Source of the DNA: Pseudonocardia sp.
GTDB taxonomy: Bacteria; Actinomycetota; Actinomycetes; Mycobacteriales; Pseudonocardiaceae
Assembly (NCBI GenBank): GCA_035557575.1
Contig: DATMDS010000231.1
Location: forward strand, 209-64,208
Direction of reading: 5' to 3'
DNA length: 64,000 bases
The translations under genes were made by a program, and so were the position numbers. Positions 1-7,879 of the stretch are shown piece by piece. The notes under the pieces were generated by a model. The model did no database searches. It was not told the DNA's origin and saw nothing but the letters and a program-made list of their open reading frames with translations. Each line of letters opens with the position of its first letter. Positions within the stretch are counted from its first letter, which is position 1.

Positions 1-2
1 TC

Positions 3-620
3 CCCGCGCTGGCCTGGTCCGGCGTGCAGCTGTGGGTGGATCTGGTCCGGGTGCCGCCGGCCGGCACCTGGGGCACACCCCGCGCGCACGTCTACGGCCT
101 GGCCGAGGACACCGTGCCCGCGCCGCGACCGGCTCCCTCCGAGGCGGAGGGTCAGGAGGTGCTGGTGCGCCGGTACCTGGGGGCCTTCGGTCCGGCCGCG
201 GCCCGCGACATCGCCTCGTTCTGCGGCTGGAACGTCACCCTGACCCGACAGGTGCTGGCCCGGCTGACGCTGCGCCGGTTCGCCGACGAGTCCGGTGGTG
301 AGCTGCTGGACCTGCCGGACGCGCCGCTGCCGGAGCCGGACACCCCGGCGCCGGTGCGCTTCCTCGGCCAGTGGGACGCGATCCTGCTGGTGCACGCCCG
401 GCGCGCGCAGATCCTGCCCGAGCGGCACCGGCCGCGAGTGTTCGCCACGAGCATCCCCCAGTCGGTGCCCACCTTCCTGCTCGACGGGCAGGTCGCAGGC
501 AGCTGGCGGTACGTCGACGGCGAGGTCCGCTGCGAGCCGTTCGACGGGCTGGGCCGGACCGAGCGCGACGAGCTGGCCGCCGAGGCGGAACGGCTGGCCG
601 TGTTCCATCGGGACGGCTGA
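3..620 (+). CDS. AlkZ/YcaQ-like winged-helix (HTH_42) DNA glycosylase family protein, 5' truncated by window edge
   Basis: RRYLGAFGPA..DIASFCG, LLDLPDAPLP..PVRFLGQWDAILL and TFLLDGQVAGSW resemble the C-terminal motifs of HTH_42 proteins; frame open from window start. Confidence 0.75.
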   Translation, partial: PALAWSGVQLWVDLVRVPPAGTWGTPRAHVYGLAEDTVPAPRPAPSEAEGQEVLVRRYLGAFGPAAARDIASFCGWNVTLTRQVLARLTLRRFADESGGELLDLPDAPLPEPDTPAPVRFLGQWDAILLVHARRAQILPERHRPRVFATSIPQSVPTFLLDGQVAGSWRYVDGEVRCEPFDGLGRTERDELAAEAERLAVFHRDG

Positions 621-626
621 ACGTCC

Positions 627-770
627 TCAGCGCCGCGCGTGCAGGTCGCTCTCCAGCCGCTGCTGGTCCCGGTCGACGGGTGGGGGGTCGAGGAACGTGC
701 TGCTCGAGTGGGCCATGGACAGGAACACGATGAGCGCGACCAGCAGCAGGACGACGATGGCAGTAGTCAT
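627..770 (-). CDS. 47-aa small membrane protein (not in ORF track)
   Basis: Manual translation MTTAIVVLLLVALIVFLSMAHSSSTFLDPPPVDRDQQRLESDLHARR; N-terminal hydrophobic helix; GC-rich third positions; divergent from AraC regulator. Confidence 0.65.
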   Translation of the reverse strand: MTTAIVVLLLVALIVFLSMAHSSSTFLDPPPVDRDQQRLESDLHARR

Positions 771-850
771 GGCAGTAATTGTGCGAGCCGTAACATCATG
801 CCACTAGTGGCAGAACTGACCATTGCAGGAAAGATTCTGCCAACTAGACT
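770..850. promoter_or_regulatory. Divergent promoter region with perfect palindrome TGCCACTAGTGGCA and repeated TGGCA boxes
   Basis: Palindrome at 799-812; TGGCAG(T/A)A at 770, 808 and on the minus strand at ~835-842; -10 TAGACT at 845-850, 6 nt before ATG 857. Confidence 0.55.
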
Positions 851-856
851 GGCGGC

Positions 857-1837
857 ATGCTGTCGACCGTCGCGGTGCTCGTGCTGCCTCCCGTCACCCC
901 CTTCGAGTTCGGCACCGTGTGCGAGGTGTTCGGCATCGACCGCAGCGACCAGGGCGTGCCGAACTTCGACTTCCGGGTGTGCGGCCCGGAGGCCGGCGTG
1001 ACGCTGCCCACCACGGTCGGGGCGAGCATCACGCCGGACCGCGGGCTGGACGGCCTGCGCGGCGCCGATCTGGTCGTGGCGACGGCGTGCCCGGCGCGCA
1101 GCTACCCGCCGGAGGCGCTGGAGGCCCTGCGGCGGGCGGCCGCCGAGGGCGTCACGCTGCTCAGCGTCTGCTCGGGCGCCTTCGTGCTCGGGGCCGCCGG
1201 GCTGCTGGACGACCGGGAGTGCACCACCCACTGGATGTACGTCGACGAGCTGCGCGTGCGGCACCCGCGGGCGCGGGTCAACCCGGACGTGCTCTACGTC
1301 GACGACGGCAACGTGATCACCGGCGCCGGCACCGCCGCCGGCATCGACGCCTGCCTGCACCTGGTGCGCCGCGAGCTGGGCAGCGCGGTGGTGAACGCGA
1401 TCGCCCGCCGGATGGTCGTGCCGCCGCAGCGTGAGGGCGGGCAGCGCCAGTACATCCGGCAACCGGTCCCGGAGTGTGCCACCGACGGCATGGCCAGCGT
1501 GCTGGACTGGGTGCTGGAGAACCTGCAGCGGGAGCACTCGGTGTCGGAGCTGGCCCGGCGGGCGCAGATGTCGGACCGCAGCTTCGCCCGCCGCTTCGTG
1601 GCCGAGACCGGCACCACCCCGCACCGCTGGCTCACGATGCAGCGGATACAGCGGGCGCAACGCCTGCTCGAGGAGACCGACCGGGGTGTCGACGAGATCG
1701 CCGCGGACTGCGGGTTCGGCAGCGGGGCCCTGCTGCGACACCACTTCCGCAAGACCGTCGGGGTGACGCCGGGGGACTACCGGCGGGCCTTTGCCGGCGG
1801 GACCGGTGCCCAGCTCTCCGTGGCGGCCACGGCATAG
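857..1837 (+). CDS. GlxA/FtrA/AdpA-family transcriptional regulator (DJ-1/PfpI + AraC HTH)
   Basis: SVCSGAFVLGAAGLLD..CTTHW, TGAGTAAGIDACLHLVR, PPQREGGQRQY and a C-terminal double HTH. Confidence 0.9.
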   Translation: MLSTVAVLVLPPVTPFEFGTVCEVFGIDRSDQGVPNFDFRVCGPEAGVTLPTTVGASITPDRGLDGLRGADLVVATACPARSYPPEALEALRRAAAEGVTLLSVCSGAFVLGAAGLLDDRECTTHWMYVDELRVRHPRARVNPDVLYVDDGNVITGAGTAAGIDACLHLVRRELGSAVVNAIARRMVVPPQREGGQRQYIRQPVPECATDGMASVLDWVLENLQREHSVSELARRAQMSDRSFARRFVAETGTTPHRWLTMQRIQRAQRLLEETDRGVDEIAADCGFGSGALLRHHFRKTVGVTPGDYRRAFAGGTGAQLSVAATA

Positions 1838-1876
1838 GGTCGGGATCAGCGACGGGCAGCCGGTGGGAGGAGTGCC

Positions 1877-3229
1877 ATGCACCAGGCGCGGATCGGGGTG
1901 ATCGGAGCCGGTCCGTCGGGGCTGTACGCGGTGGCCGCGCTGCTCGGCTCCGGCGAACCGGTGAGCATCAGCGTGCTGGACCGGCTGCCGGCGCCCTACG
2001 GTCTGGTCCGCTACGGGGTGGCCCCGGACCACGTGAAGATGAAGTCGGTCATCAGGGTGCTGCAGCAGCCGTTCGACCAGGCCAGCGTCGAGTTCCTCGG
2101 CGACGTGCACCTCGGCGACGACGACGGGGTGCCGTACGGGGCGCTGCGCCGGCACTTCCACGCGATCATCCACGCCACCGGCAGCTCCCTGGACCGCCGG
2201 CTCGGCATCCCGGGCGAGGACCTGGACGGTTCGCTGGGCTCCGGTGCCTTCGTGAGCTGGTACTGCGGGCACCCCGACCACGTCGGGCTCGATCCGCTGC
2301 TGGACCGGCCCGGGGTGGCGGTGGTCGGCGCCGGCAACGTGGCCCTGGACGTGGCCCGGGTGCTGGCCAGGAGCGCCGACGAGATGGCCGAGACCGACGT
2401 CCCGGACCCGGTGTTGGCGGCGCTGCGGGCCAGCGCGGTCACCGACGTGCACGTGCTCATCCGGCGCGCCCCGCAGCACGTCCGGTTCACCCCGGCCGAG
2501 CTGCGTCAGATCGGCCAGCTGGCCGGGGTCGACGTGATCGTGCACGACGACGGCCAGCTGGCGACGGCCCCCGAGCCCCCGGACAAGCGGGCCCGGCAGA
2601 ACCTGGCGCTGCTGTCCGAGTGGGCGCAGCGGGCGCCCACCGGCAAGCCGCGCCGGATCCACCTGCGTTTCCTGCGCAGCCCGCTGCGGCTGGTCGGCGA
2701 CCGGGACGGCCGGGTGGCCGAGATCGTCGTCGAGCGCACCGCCGTCGATGCGGACGGGACGCTGCGCGGCACCGGCGAGCACCAGAGCTTCCCGGTCGGG
2801 CTGGTGGTCCGCGCGATCGGCTACGCGGCGCGGCCCATCCCCGGGCTGCCGTTCGACGAGCCCTCCGGCACGGTGCCGAACGCGGCCGGGCGGGTGCTGC
2901 GTGACGGCGTCCCGGTGCCCGGGGCCTACGTGACCGGCTGGATCAAGCGCGGCCCGACCGGCGTGATCGGCACCAACAAGGCCGACGCCGCGGAGACCGT
3001 CGCCGCGGTGCTGGCCGACCTGCCCGCGCTGCCGGCGCCGCCCGAACCCGACCCGGCGGCGCTGCGGGCCACGCTGCGCGCCCACGGCGTGCGCCCGGTG
3101 GACTGGACGGCCTGGCTGCGGCTGGACGCCGAGGAGCTGCGCCGCGGCGGGCTGCGGGGGGCGGAGCGGGTGAAGGTGGCCGCGCTGGCCGAGATGCTGG
3201 CCGCGGCCCACTCGGTTCCCGCGCCCTGA
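1877..3229 (+). CDS. fprA: NADPH-ferredoxin reductase, FprA/adrenodoxin reductase type
   Basis: GAGPSG FAD motif, PYGLVRYGVAPDH, GAGNVALDVARVL, GWIKRGPTGVIGTNK. Confidence 0.85.
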   Translation: MHQARIGVIGAGPSGLYAVAALLGSGEPVSISVLDRLPAPYGLVRYGVAPDHVKMKSVIRVLQQPFDQASVEFLGDVHLGDDDGVPYGALRRHFHAIIHATGSSLDRRLGIPGEDLDGSLGSGAFVSWYCGHPDHVGLDPLLDRPGVAVVGAGNVALDVARVLARSADEMAETDVPDPVLAALRASAVTDVHVLIRRAPQHVRFTPAELRQIGQLAGVDVIVHDDGQLATAPEPPDKRARQNLALLSEWAQRAPTGKPRRIHLRFLRSPLRLVGDRDGRVAEIVVERTAVDADGTLRGTGEHQSFPVGLVVRAIGYAARPIPGLPFDEPSGTVPNAAGRVLRDGVPVPGAYVTGWIKRGPTGVIGTNKADAAETVAAVLADLPALPAPPEPDPAALRATLRAHGVRPVDWTAWLRLDAEELRRGGLRGAERVKVAALAEMLAAAHSVPAP

Positions 3230-3254
3230 ACGGCCCCCGCGTCAGCCGGGCTGC

Positions 3255-3530
3255 TCAGCAGGGATCGACGGTGACCACGGCCGGCAGCGCACCGAGCCGC
3301 TGCGCGAACTCCGTCGACTCGTCCTGGGTCACCGAGACCGTGCAGGTGATGGAGCTGTAGGGCACGCCGTCGCGGACGTCGACGATGAAATCGCGCACCG
3401 GGAAACCGCAGTCGTGCAGCGCGGCGCCGACGTCGAGCACGCCGGCCATCCCGCCGGTGGCGACGATCTCGTGCCGCCGCGGCAGCCGCGGCGTCCAGGC
3501 GGTGTTCGGGCGGTCATCCAGAACGGTCAT
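3255..3530 (-). CDS. Small stand-alone ACT-like domain protein (91 aa)
   Basis: ATG with GGAG SD; beta-alpha-beta-beta-alpha-beta pattern ending RLGALPAVVTV, like IlvN/IlvM-type ACT domains. Confidence 0.55.
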   Translation of the reverse strand: MTVLDDRPNTAWTPRLPRRHEIVATGGMAGVLDVGAALHDCGFPVRDFIVDVRDGVPYSSITCTVSVTQDESTEFAQRLGALPAVVTVDPC

Positions 3531-3614
3531 GACGAGCTCCAGGGTCCGAGATGTGGAGAGGGACCCGAGCCAGGTCTCGGAGGAAGGCGAGGCGAGGCGC
3601 GACGGCGGCCTGGC
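3531..3614 (-). promoter_or_regulatory. Attenuator-like structured spacer between leader peptide and ACT gene
   Basis: Complementary pairs GAGCCAGG/CCTGGCTC, TCCGAGA/TCTCGGA, GGGTCC/GGACCC and anti-SD CTCCA/TGGAG. Confidence 0.55.
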
Positions 3615-3668
3615 TCAGCCGACGCGCGACGGTACCGCCGCGTCGAGAGCGAGGAGGGCGTAGCGCAT
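3615..3668 (-). CDS. Putative leaderless leader peptide MRYALLALDAAVPSRVG
   Basis: Leu run CTC CTC GCT CTC; -10 TAATGT 7 nt before ATG; ends RVG like the Streptomyces ilvB leader peptide. Confidence 0.65.
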   Translation of the reverse strand: MRYALLALDAAVPSRVG

Positions 3669-3797
3669 GGGCAACACATTAGCGCGCCGGTGGGACCGCG
3701 GCCACACCGCCCCGCCGACCGCGCCCGGCGGATACACGAACCGGCCCCGGACATCGGCAGGGTGCCGGCGTCCGGGGCCGATGGTGCGCGGTGCTGG

Positions 3798-3974
3798 TCA
3801 GCGGGGAGCGCGCCGCCAGCTGCCGGTCCGGCTACCGACTCCGGCCAGGTGCAGCGCGACGCAGAGCAGACCTGCGGTGATCAGTACATCGGCGGTGATG
3901 ATTTCGATGGAGATCCCGGCCAGCTGGAACAGCAGCGCCAGCCCGAACAACACGGCAGCGACGATGGCAGTCAT
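3798..3974 (-). CDS. 58-aa small two-TM membrane protein
   Basis: MTAIVAAVLFGLALLFQLAG...AGLLCVALHLAGVG followed by a basic tail; purine-rich upstream; C-terminal part of ORF 3798..5333. Confidence 0.7.
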   Translation of the reverse strand: MTAIVAAVLFGLALLFQLAGISIEIITADVLITAGLLCVALHLAGVGSRTGSWRRAPR

Positions 3975-4148
3975 CTCTTCAGTCCTTCCGGTTGTCACCT
4001 CCCTGGGGCGGGAGGCGGAACACGGTGAACATTCCCGATTCGTCCCGGCTCGACGCTCCACGTGTGTCATCGACCGCAGGTCGTGATGCGTTCGATGCCG
4101 AACCGTGGCCCTGGCGGCCGCGGCCACCGGCCCGGATAGCGTGCCGGA

Positions 4149-5354
4149 GTGACCGCGACCGCCCCCGTTGCGCGCGCGCCGCGCCGGTGGGCGCTGCTGG
4201 TCGTCGTCGCGCTGCTCGGGCACGCGCTGGTGGCGATGCGCTGGCCGGCCGCGCACGCACTGATGATCGATCTGCAGGTCTACCGGGCCGGCGCCGAGCA
4301 GGTGCTGGCCGGACGCCCGCTCTACGACGGCGGTGTGCTGCTCGACCTGCCGTTCGTGTACCCGCCGTTCGCGGCGGTCGCCTTCCTGCCGCTGACCGTG
4401 CCGCCGCTGTGGGTGGTGAAGGCGGTGTGGACCGCGGGCACGCTGCTGCTGCTCGGGTACGTGGCCCGCCGTTCCCTGCGCAGCGTCGGCCTGCCGGCCG
4501 GGGTCGCGGCGACCCTCGGCATCGTCGCGCTGGCCAGCTGGCTGGACCCGGTCCGGACCACGCTCTACCTCGGACAGATCAACGTGCTGGTGCTGGCCCT
4601 GGTGCTCGGGGACGCGCTGGGGCGGCCGGACAGCCGCTGGCGCGGGATCGGGATCGGGTTGGCCGCCGCGCTCAAGCTGACGCCGCTGCTGTTCATCGGC
4701 TACCTGCTGCTGACCGGGCGACGCCGGGCGGCCGGCACCGCTGCGGCGGTGTTCGGGCTGGCCGCCGCGGGCGCCGCGCTGGTGGCGCCGGGGGAGTCGC
4801 GCCGCTACTGGTGGGAGGGCACGTTCGCGGCGGCCGGGCGGATATCCGACGTCGCGGCCACCACCAACCACTCGCTCAACGGGCTGCTCGCCCGCGCCAT
4901 GGGGGAGGGTCCGGCCACCCGGGCCTGCTACCTCGCCGGCGCAGCCGCGCTCGCCGCCGCCACGCTGCTGATCGCCGCGCGGCTGCACCGCCGCGGGGAC
5001 GAGCTGGCCGGGCTCACCCTGTGCGGTTTGGCCTCCGCCGCGCTCGCGCCGTTCGCGTGGTCGCACCACTGGGTGTGGTGCGTGCCGCTGATCGTGGTGC
5101 TCGGGCAGCGGGTGGTCGCCTGCCCCGGTTCGACCAGGGCGGGCCGGGCGGCCGCGGCGGGCCTCGCCGTGGTGCTGCTCGGCACCGTCGCGGTGATCAC
5201 GGCGCTGCCCGGGCCCGGGGTCGGCCCGATCCCGCGCACCGGGTTGATCTCGCTGGCGCCCGACACCTACCTCGTGCTGTTCCTGCTCGTGCTGGCCGCG
5301 GCCGAGCACCGCTCCGGGCGACCGGTTGATCACCGGGACGTGGGGGCCGGTTGA
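4149..5354 (+). CDS. GT87 (DUF2029) polyprenol-phosphomannose-dependent alpha-1,2-mannosyltransferase, PimE-like
   Basis: IDLQVYRAG, LPFVYPPFAA, LGQIN, AAALKLTP, WSHHWVW; multi-TM; -10 TAGCGT 6 nt before GTG. Confidence 0.88.
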   Translation: MTATAPVARAPRRWALLVVVALLGHALVAMRWPAAHALMIDLQVYRAGAEQVLAGRPLYDGGVLLDLPFVYPPFAAVAFLPLTVPPLWVVKAVWTAGTLLLLGYVARRSLRSVGLPAGVAATLGIVALASWLDPVRTTLYLGQINVLVLALVLGDALGRPDSRWRGIGIGLAAALKLTPLLFIGYLLLTGRRRAAGTAAAVFGLAAAGAALVAPGESRRYWWEGTFAAAGRISDVAATTNHSLNGLLARAMGEGPATRACYLAGAAALAAATLLIAARLHRRGDELAGLTLCGLASAALAPFAWSHHWVWCVPLIVVLGQRVVACPGSTRAGRAAAAGLAVVLLGTVAVITALPGPGVGPIPRTGLISLAPDTYLVLFLLVLAAAEHRSGRPVDHRDVGAG

Positions 5355-5769
5355 TCTCGTCGTCGGCGCCGTGGTGTCCCGTTCGACGGCCGGGCCGCGA
5401 CCGCGAGCTAGGCGCGCTCGTCGGCGGCGTACGCGTGCCCACCACCAGCGGGGCGGCGGCCGCGCCCGGGTCCAGCTCGCCGGTCACCCGGTACCAACGT
5501 CCGCCGCTCGAAGTTCAGCAGTGAACCCCTGGTCCTGGCCCCGGCAAGTCCTCGTAGGCGATGAGTCGGAAATCCGAGGAAAACGATCTGATGACGTGCG
5601 CTCGGCCCGGAGGACGGCGAGCACGACCGCCAGGAGGCCGACCACGAGCAGGCCTCGCCGACCAGTGTCGAGATCACCGCCCCGCGCCAGCAGGCCGTCG
5701 GCGCCGCGGTCGGATCTACCACGGACGGCGTAGTGACGCACATCCTACTGGTGCAATGAGCCGGGGTGG

Positions 5770-6426
5770 ATGAACGACAATGACGCCGTGGGACGGCACC
5801 GGACGGTGGAGATCACCGACAGCGAATTCCGACTGCTCTTCGTGTGCACCGGCAACATCTGTCGCTCGCCGTTCGCCGAGATCCTGACCCGTCACCTGCT
5901 CGCCGAGCGGCTGGGCCGCCGGGTCGCCGAGCGTTTCCGCGTCTCCAGCGCCGGTGTGCACGCGGTGGTGGGTGCGGCCATGCACCCCGACAGCCGGGCC
6001 CAGCTCGTCCCCTGGGGTCTGCACGGCGCCGCCGAGGGGTTCGTGGCCCGGCAGCTCCGGTCGGCCATCGCCACGTCGGCGCACCTGGTGCTCGGCGCCT
6101 CGCCCGAGCACCGGTCGGCGGTGATCGGGCGGGCGCCGGCCACCCTGGCCACGGCGTTCGCCCTCGCCGAGTTCGCCCGGCTCGTGTCGGCGGTGGATCC
6201 CGGCGACCTGCCCCTGGATCCGGTGGCCCGTGCGCACGCGGTCGTCGAGGAAGCCCGGGCCAGGCGGGGTCTGCTGCCGCCGGTCACGGCCGACCACGAC
6301 CGGATTCCGGATCCGATCGTCGGCGACGCGGACGCGCACCGCAGGTCCTCGACGCTCATCAGGACCGCCGTGCTGCGGATCGTGGACGCCATCGCCCCGG
6401 AACAGGTCGCCGCGCGGCCCGGCTGA
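5770..6426 (+). CDS. Low-molecular-weight protein-tyrosine phosphatase family protein
   Basis: LFVCTGNICRSPFAE P-loop, SSAG, IPDP acid loop. Confidence 0.85.
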   Translation: MNDNDAVGRHRTVEITDSEFRLLFVCTGNICRSPFAEILTRHLLAERLGRRVAERFRVSSAGVHAVVGAAMHPDSRAQLVPWGLHGAAEGFVARQLRSAIATSAHLVLGASPEHRSAVIGRAPATLATAFALAEFARLVSAVDPGDLPLDPVARAHAVVEEARARRGLLPPVTADHDRIPDPIVGDADAHRRSSTLIRTAVLRIVDAIAPEQVAARPG

Positions 6427-6606
6427 CGCCCTACGACAGTCGCGTTCGCCGGTCAAGGGCACGAATTCGACACTGTCGAGTGCGTTCGTCGCGTTTCGGC
6501 ACTACCGTGACCTGACGAGCGGCGCTCCCCTCCGTCTGAGTCCCGAAATCGGTGTCAGTACGGTAGTCACTGCCGCCGGGGGCAACGGTGCAGGACGGAG
6601 CCACGA

Positions 6607-7749
6607 TTGATGAACGGTCGGCTGGGCGCCCCATCACAGCGCGGTTCCTCCGAGAGCGGTTCCTCCACGGGCGACTACAACCCGCTGTTCGACAGCTCGC
6701 CGCCGAGCCGGTGGAGCGGCTCGGAACCCGAGCCGAGCAGCAAGCCGGCCGCGCCGCCGGCCAAGCCGCGTCACCGGAAGCTGCGCATCGCGGGCGTCAC
6801 CGCGCTCATCGTCCTTCTCGTCCTGGGGATGGCCGCCGGCTCGCTCTATCTCAGCCTGCAGCAGTTCAGCAGCAACATCGGGCGCGTGCCCGATGTTTTC
6901 AGCACCCTCGACGAAGCCGAGCGGCCGTCGTTCAGTGCCGATCGCGAGAGCTTTCTCGTGATGGGCACCGACTCCCGCAATAGGGCCGTTCAGCGTAGCG
7001 ATGACGTACTTATGCTCGCCCGAATGGACGTCTATATGGACGCTAACGCCACCCGAGCATCGGTGGTGTCCATTCCTCGGGACAGCTGGGTCCCCATACC
7101 GGAGCACGGCTCCAACAAGATCGTGGCGGCATACGGCTACGGCGGACCGTCATTGTTGGTACTGACCGTCGAGAAACTGACGAATGTTCGCATCGATCAT
7201 TTCGTCATCATCGATTTCGCGGGGTTCCAGTCGATGGTGGATGCGGTCGGGGGGATCGACGTCACCCTGAACGCGGCCACCAGCAGTGACGGCATCCAGT
7301 TCGTGCGCGGGGTCAACCACCTCGACGGCCGCAGCGCCCTGGCCTACGTGAGCAACGGCCCCGCCGACCCGGCCGGATACGCCGACCGGCTGACCCGGCA
7401 GCAGACCGCGCTGCGGGCCCTGCTCGAGAGGGTCGCCTCGGCCGGCCTGCTGACCGAACCCGTGCAGCTGTTCCGGCTGCTCGACGCCCTGAGCGCGGCG
7501 CTGCGGGTCGACGAGACGCTGAACAACGCGGCGATGCAGCAGCTGGCCCTGCAGATGCGGGGGCTGCACCCGAAGGACGTGCATTTCCTGGTCGGCCCGG
7601 TGAAGGGGCTCGGGCGTGAGGGCGGGCAGTCGGTGGTCTACCTGGACGATGCGCGCTCCACCGAGCTCTGGGGGGCGCTGCGTGAGGGCCGGGTGGAGAC
7701 CTACGTCCAGCGCTACCCCGACAGCCTGCTGCCCGCCCGCCCGGGGTGA
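6607..7749 (+). CDS. LCP (LytR-CpsA-Psr) family cell-wall glycopolymer ligase-like protein
   Basis: One N-terminal TM, LVMGTDSR, RSD, SIPRDSWV, IDHFVIIDFAGF..MVDAVGGIDV, RQQ. Confidence 0.88.
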   Translation: MMNGRLGAPSQRGSSESGSSTGDYNPLFDSSPPSRWSGSEPEPSSKPAAPPAKPRHRKLRIAGVTALIVLLVLGMAAGSLYLSLQQFSSNIGRVPDVFSTLDEAERPSFSADRESFLVMGTDSRNRAVQRSDDVLMLARMDVYMDANATRASVVSIPRDSWVPIPEHGSNKIVAAYGYGGPSLLVLTVEKLTNVRIDHFVIIDFAGFQSMVDAVGGIDVTLNAATSSDGIQFVRGVNHLDGRSALAYVSNGPADPAGYADRLTRQQTALRALLERVASAGLLTEPVQLFRLLDALSAALRVDETLNNAAMQQLALQMRGLHPKDVHFLVGPVKGLGREGGQSVVYLDDARSTELWGALREGRVETYVQRYPDSLLPARPG

Positions 7750-7879
7750 GAAAGCAATATGCTGGCGACCGGCGTGACGCTCCCCGTGTCGGCCGCCGCC
7801 CGTGAAGGGGTGAGGTAGGTCCTGGCCGCTCCGATCAACAGGGCGAGGAGATCTGCATGGACATGATGCGAGCAAGGCC

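Noticed and set aside
767-3211. 814-aa minus-strand ORF, and similar long ORFs at 7835-10243, 24531-27287, 48121-51003 and 56756-59161
   Set aside because: Antisense or off-frame shadows of real genes in very GC-rich DNA; Arg/Gly/Pro-rich with no domain motifs.
5408-5743. Short ORFs in the GT87-PTP gap
   Set aside because: Poor codon bias, no SD or motif, and several competing frames; cannot be supported.
6512-6556. CTGACGA...GAAA, resembling a hammerhead ribozyme core (also weakly at 5559-5597)
   Set aside because: Stem II does not close adjacent to GAAA, and no stem III/NUH cleavage site can be built.
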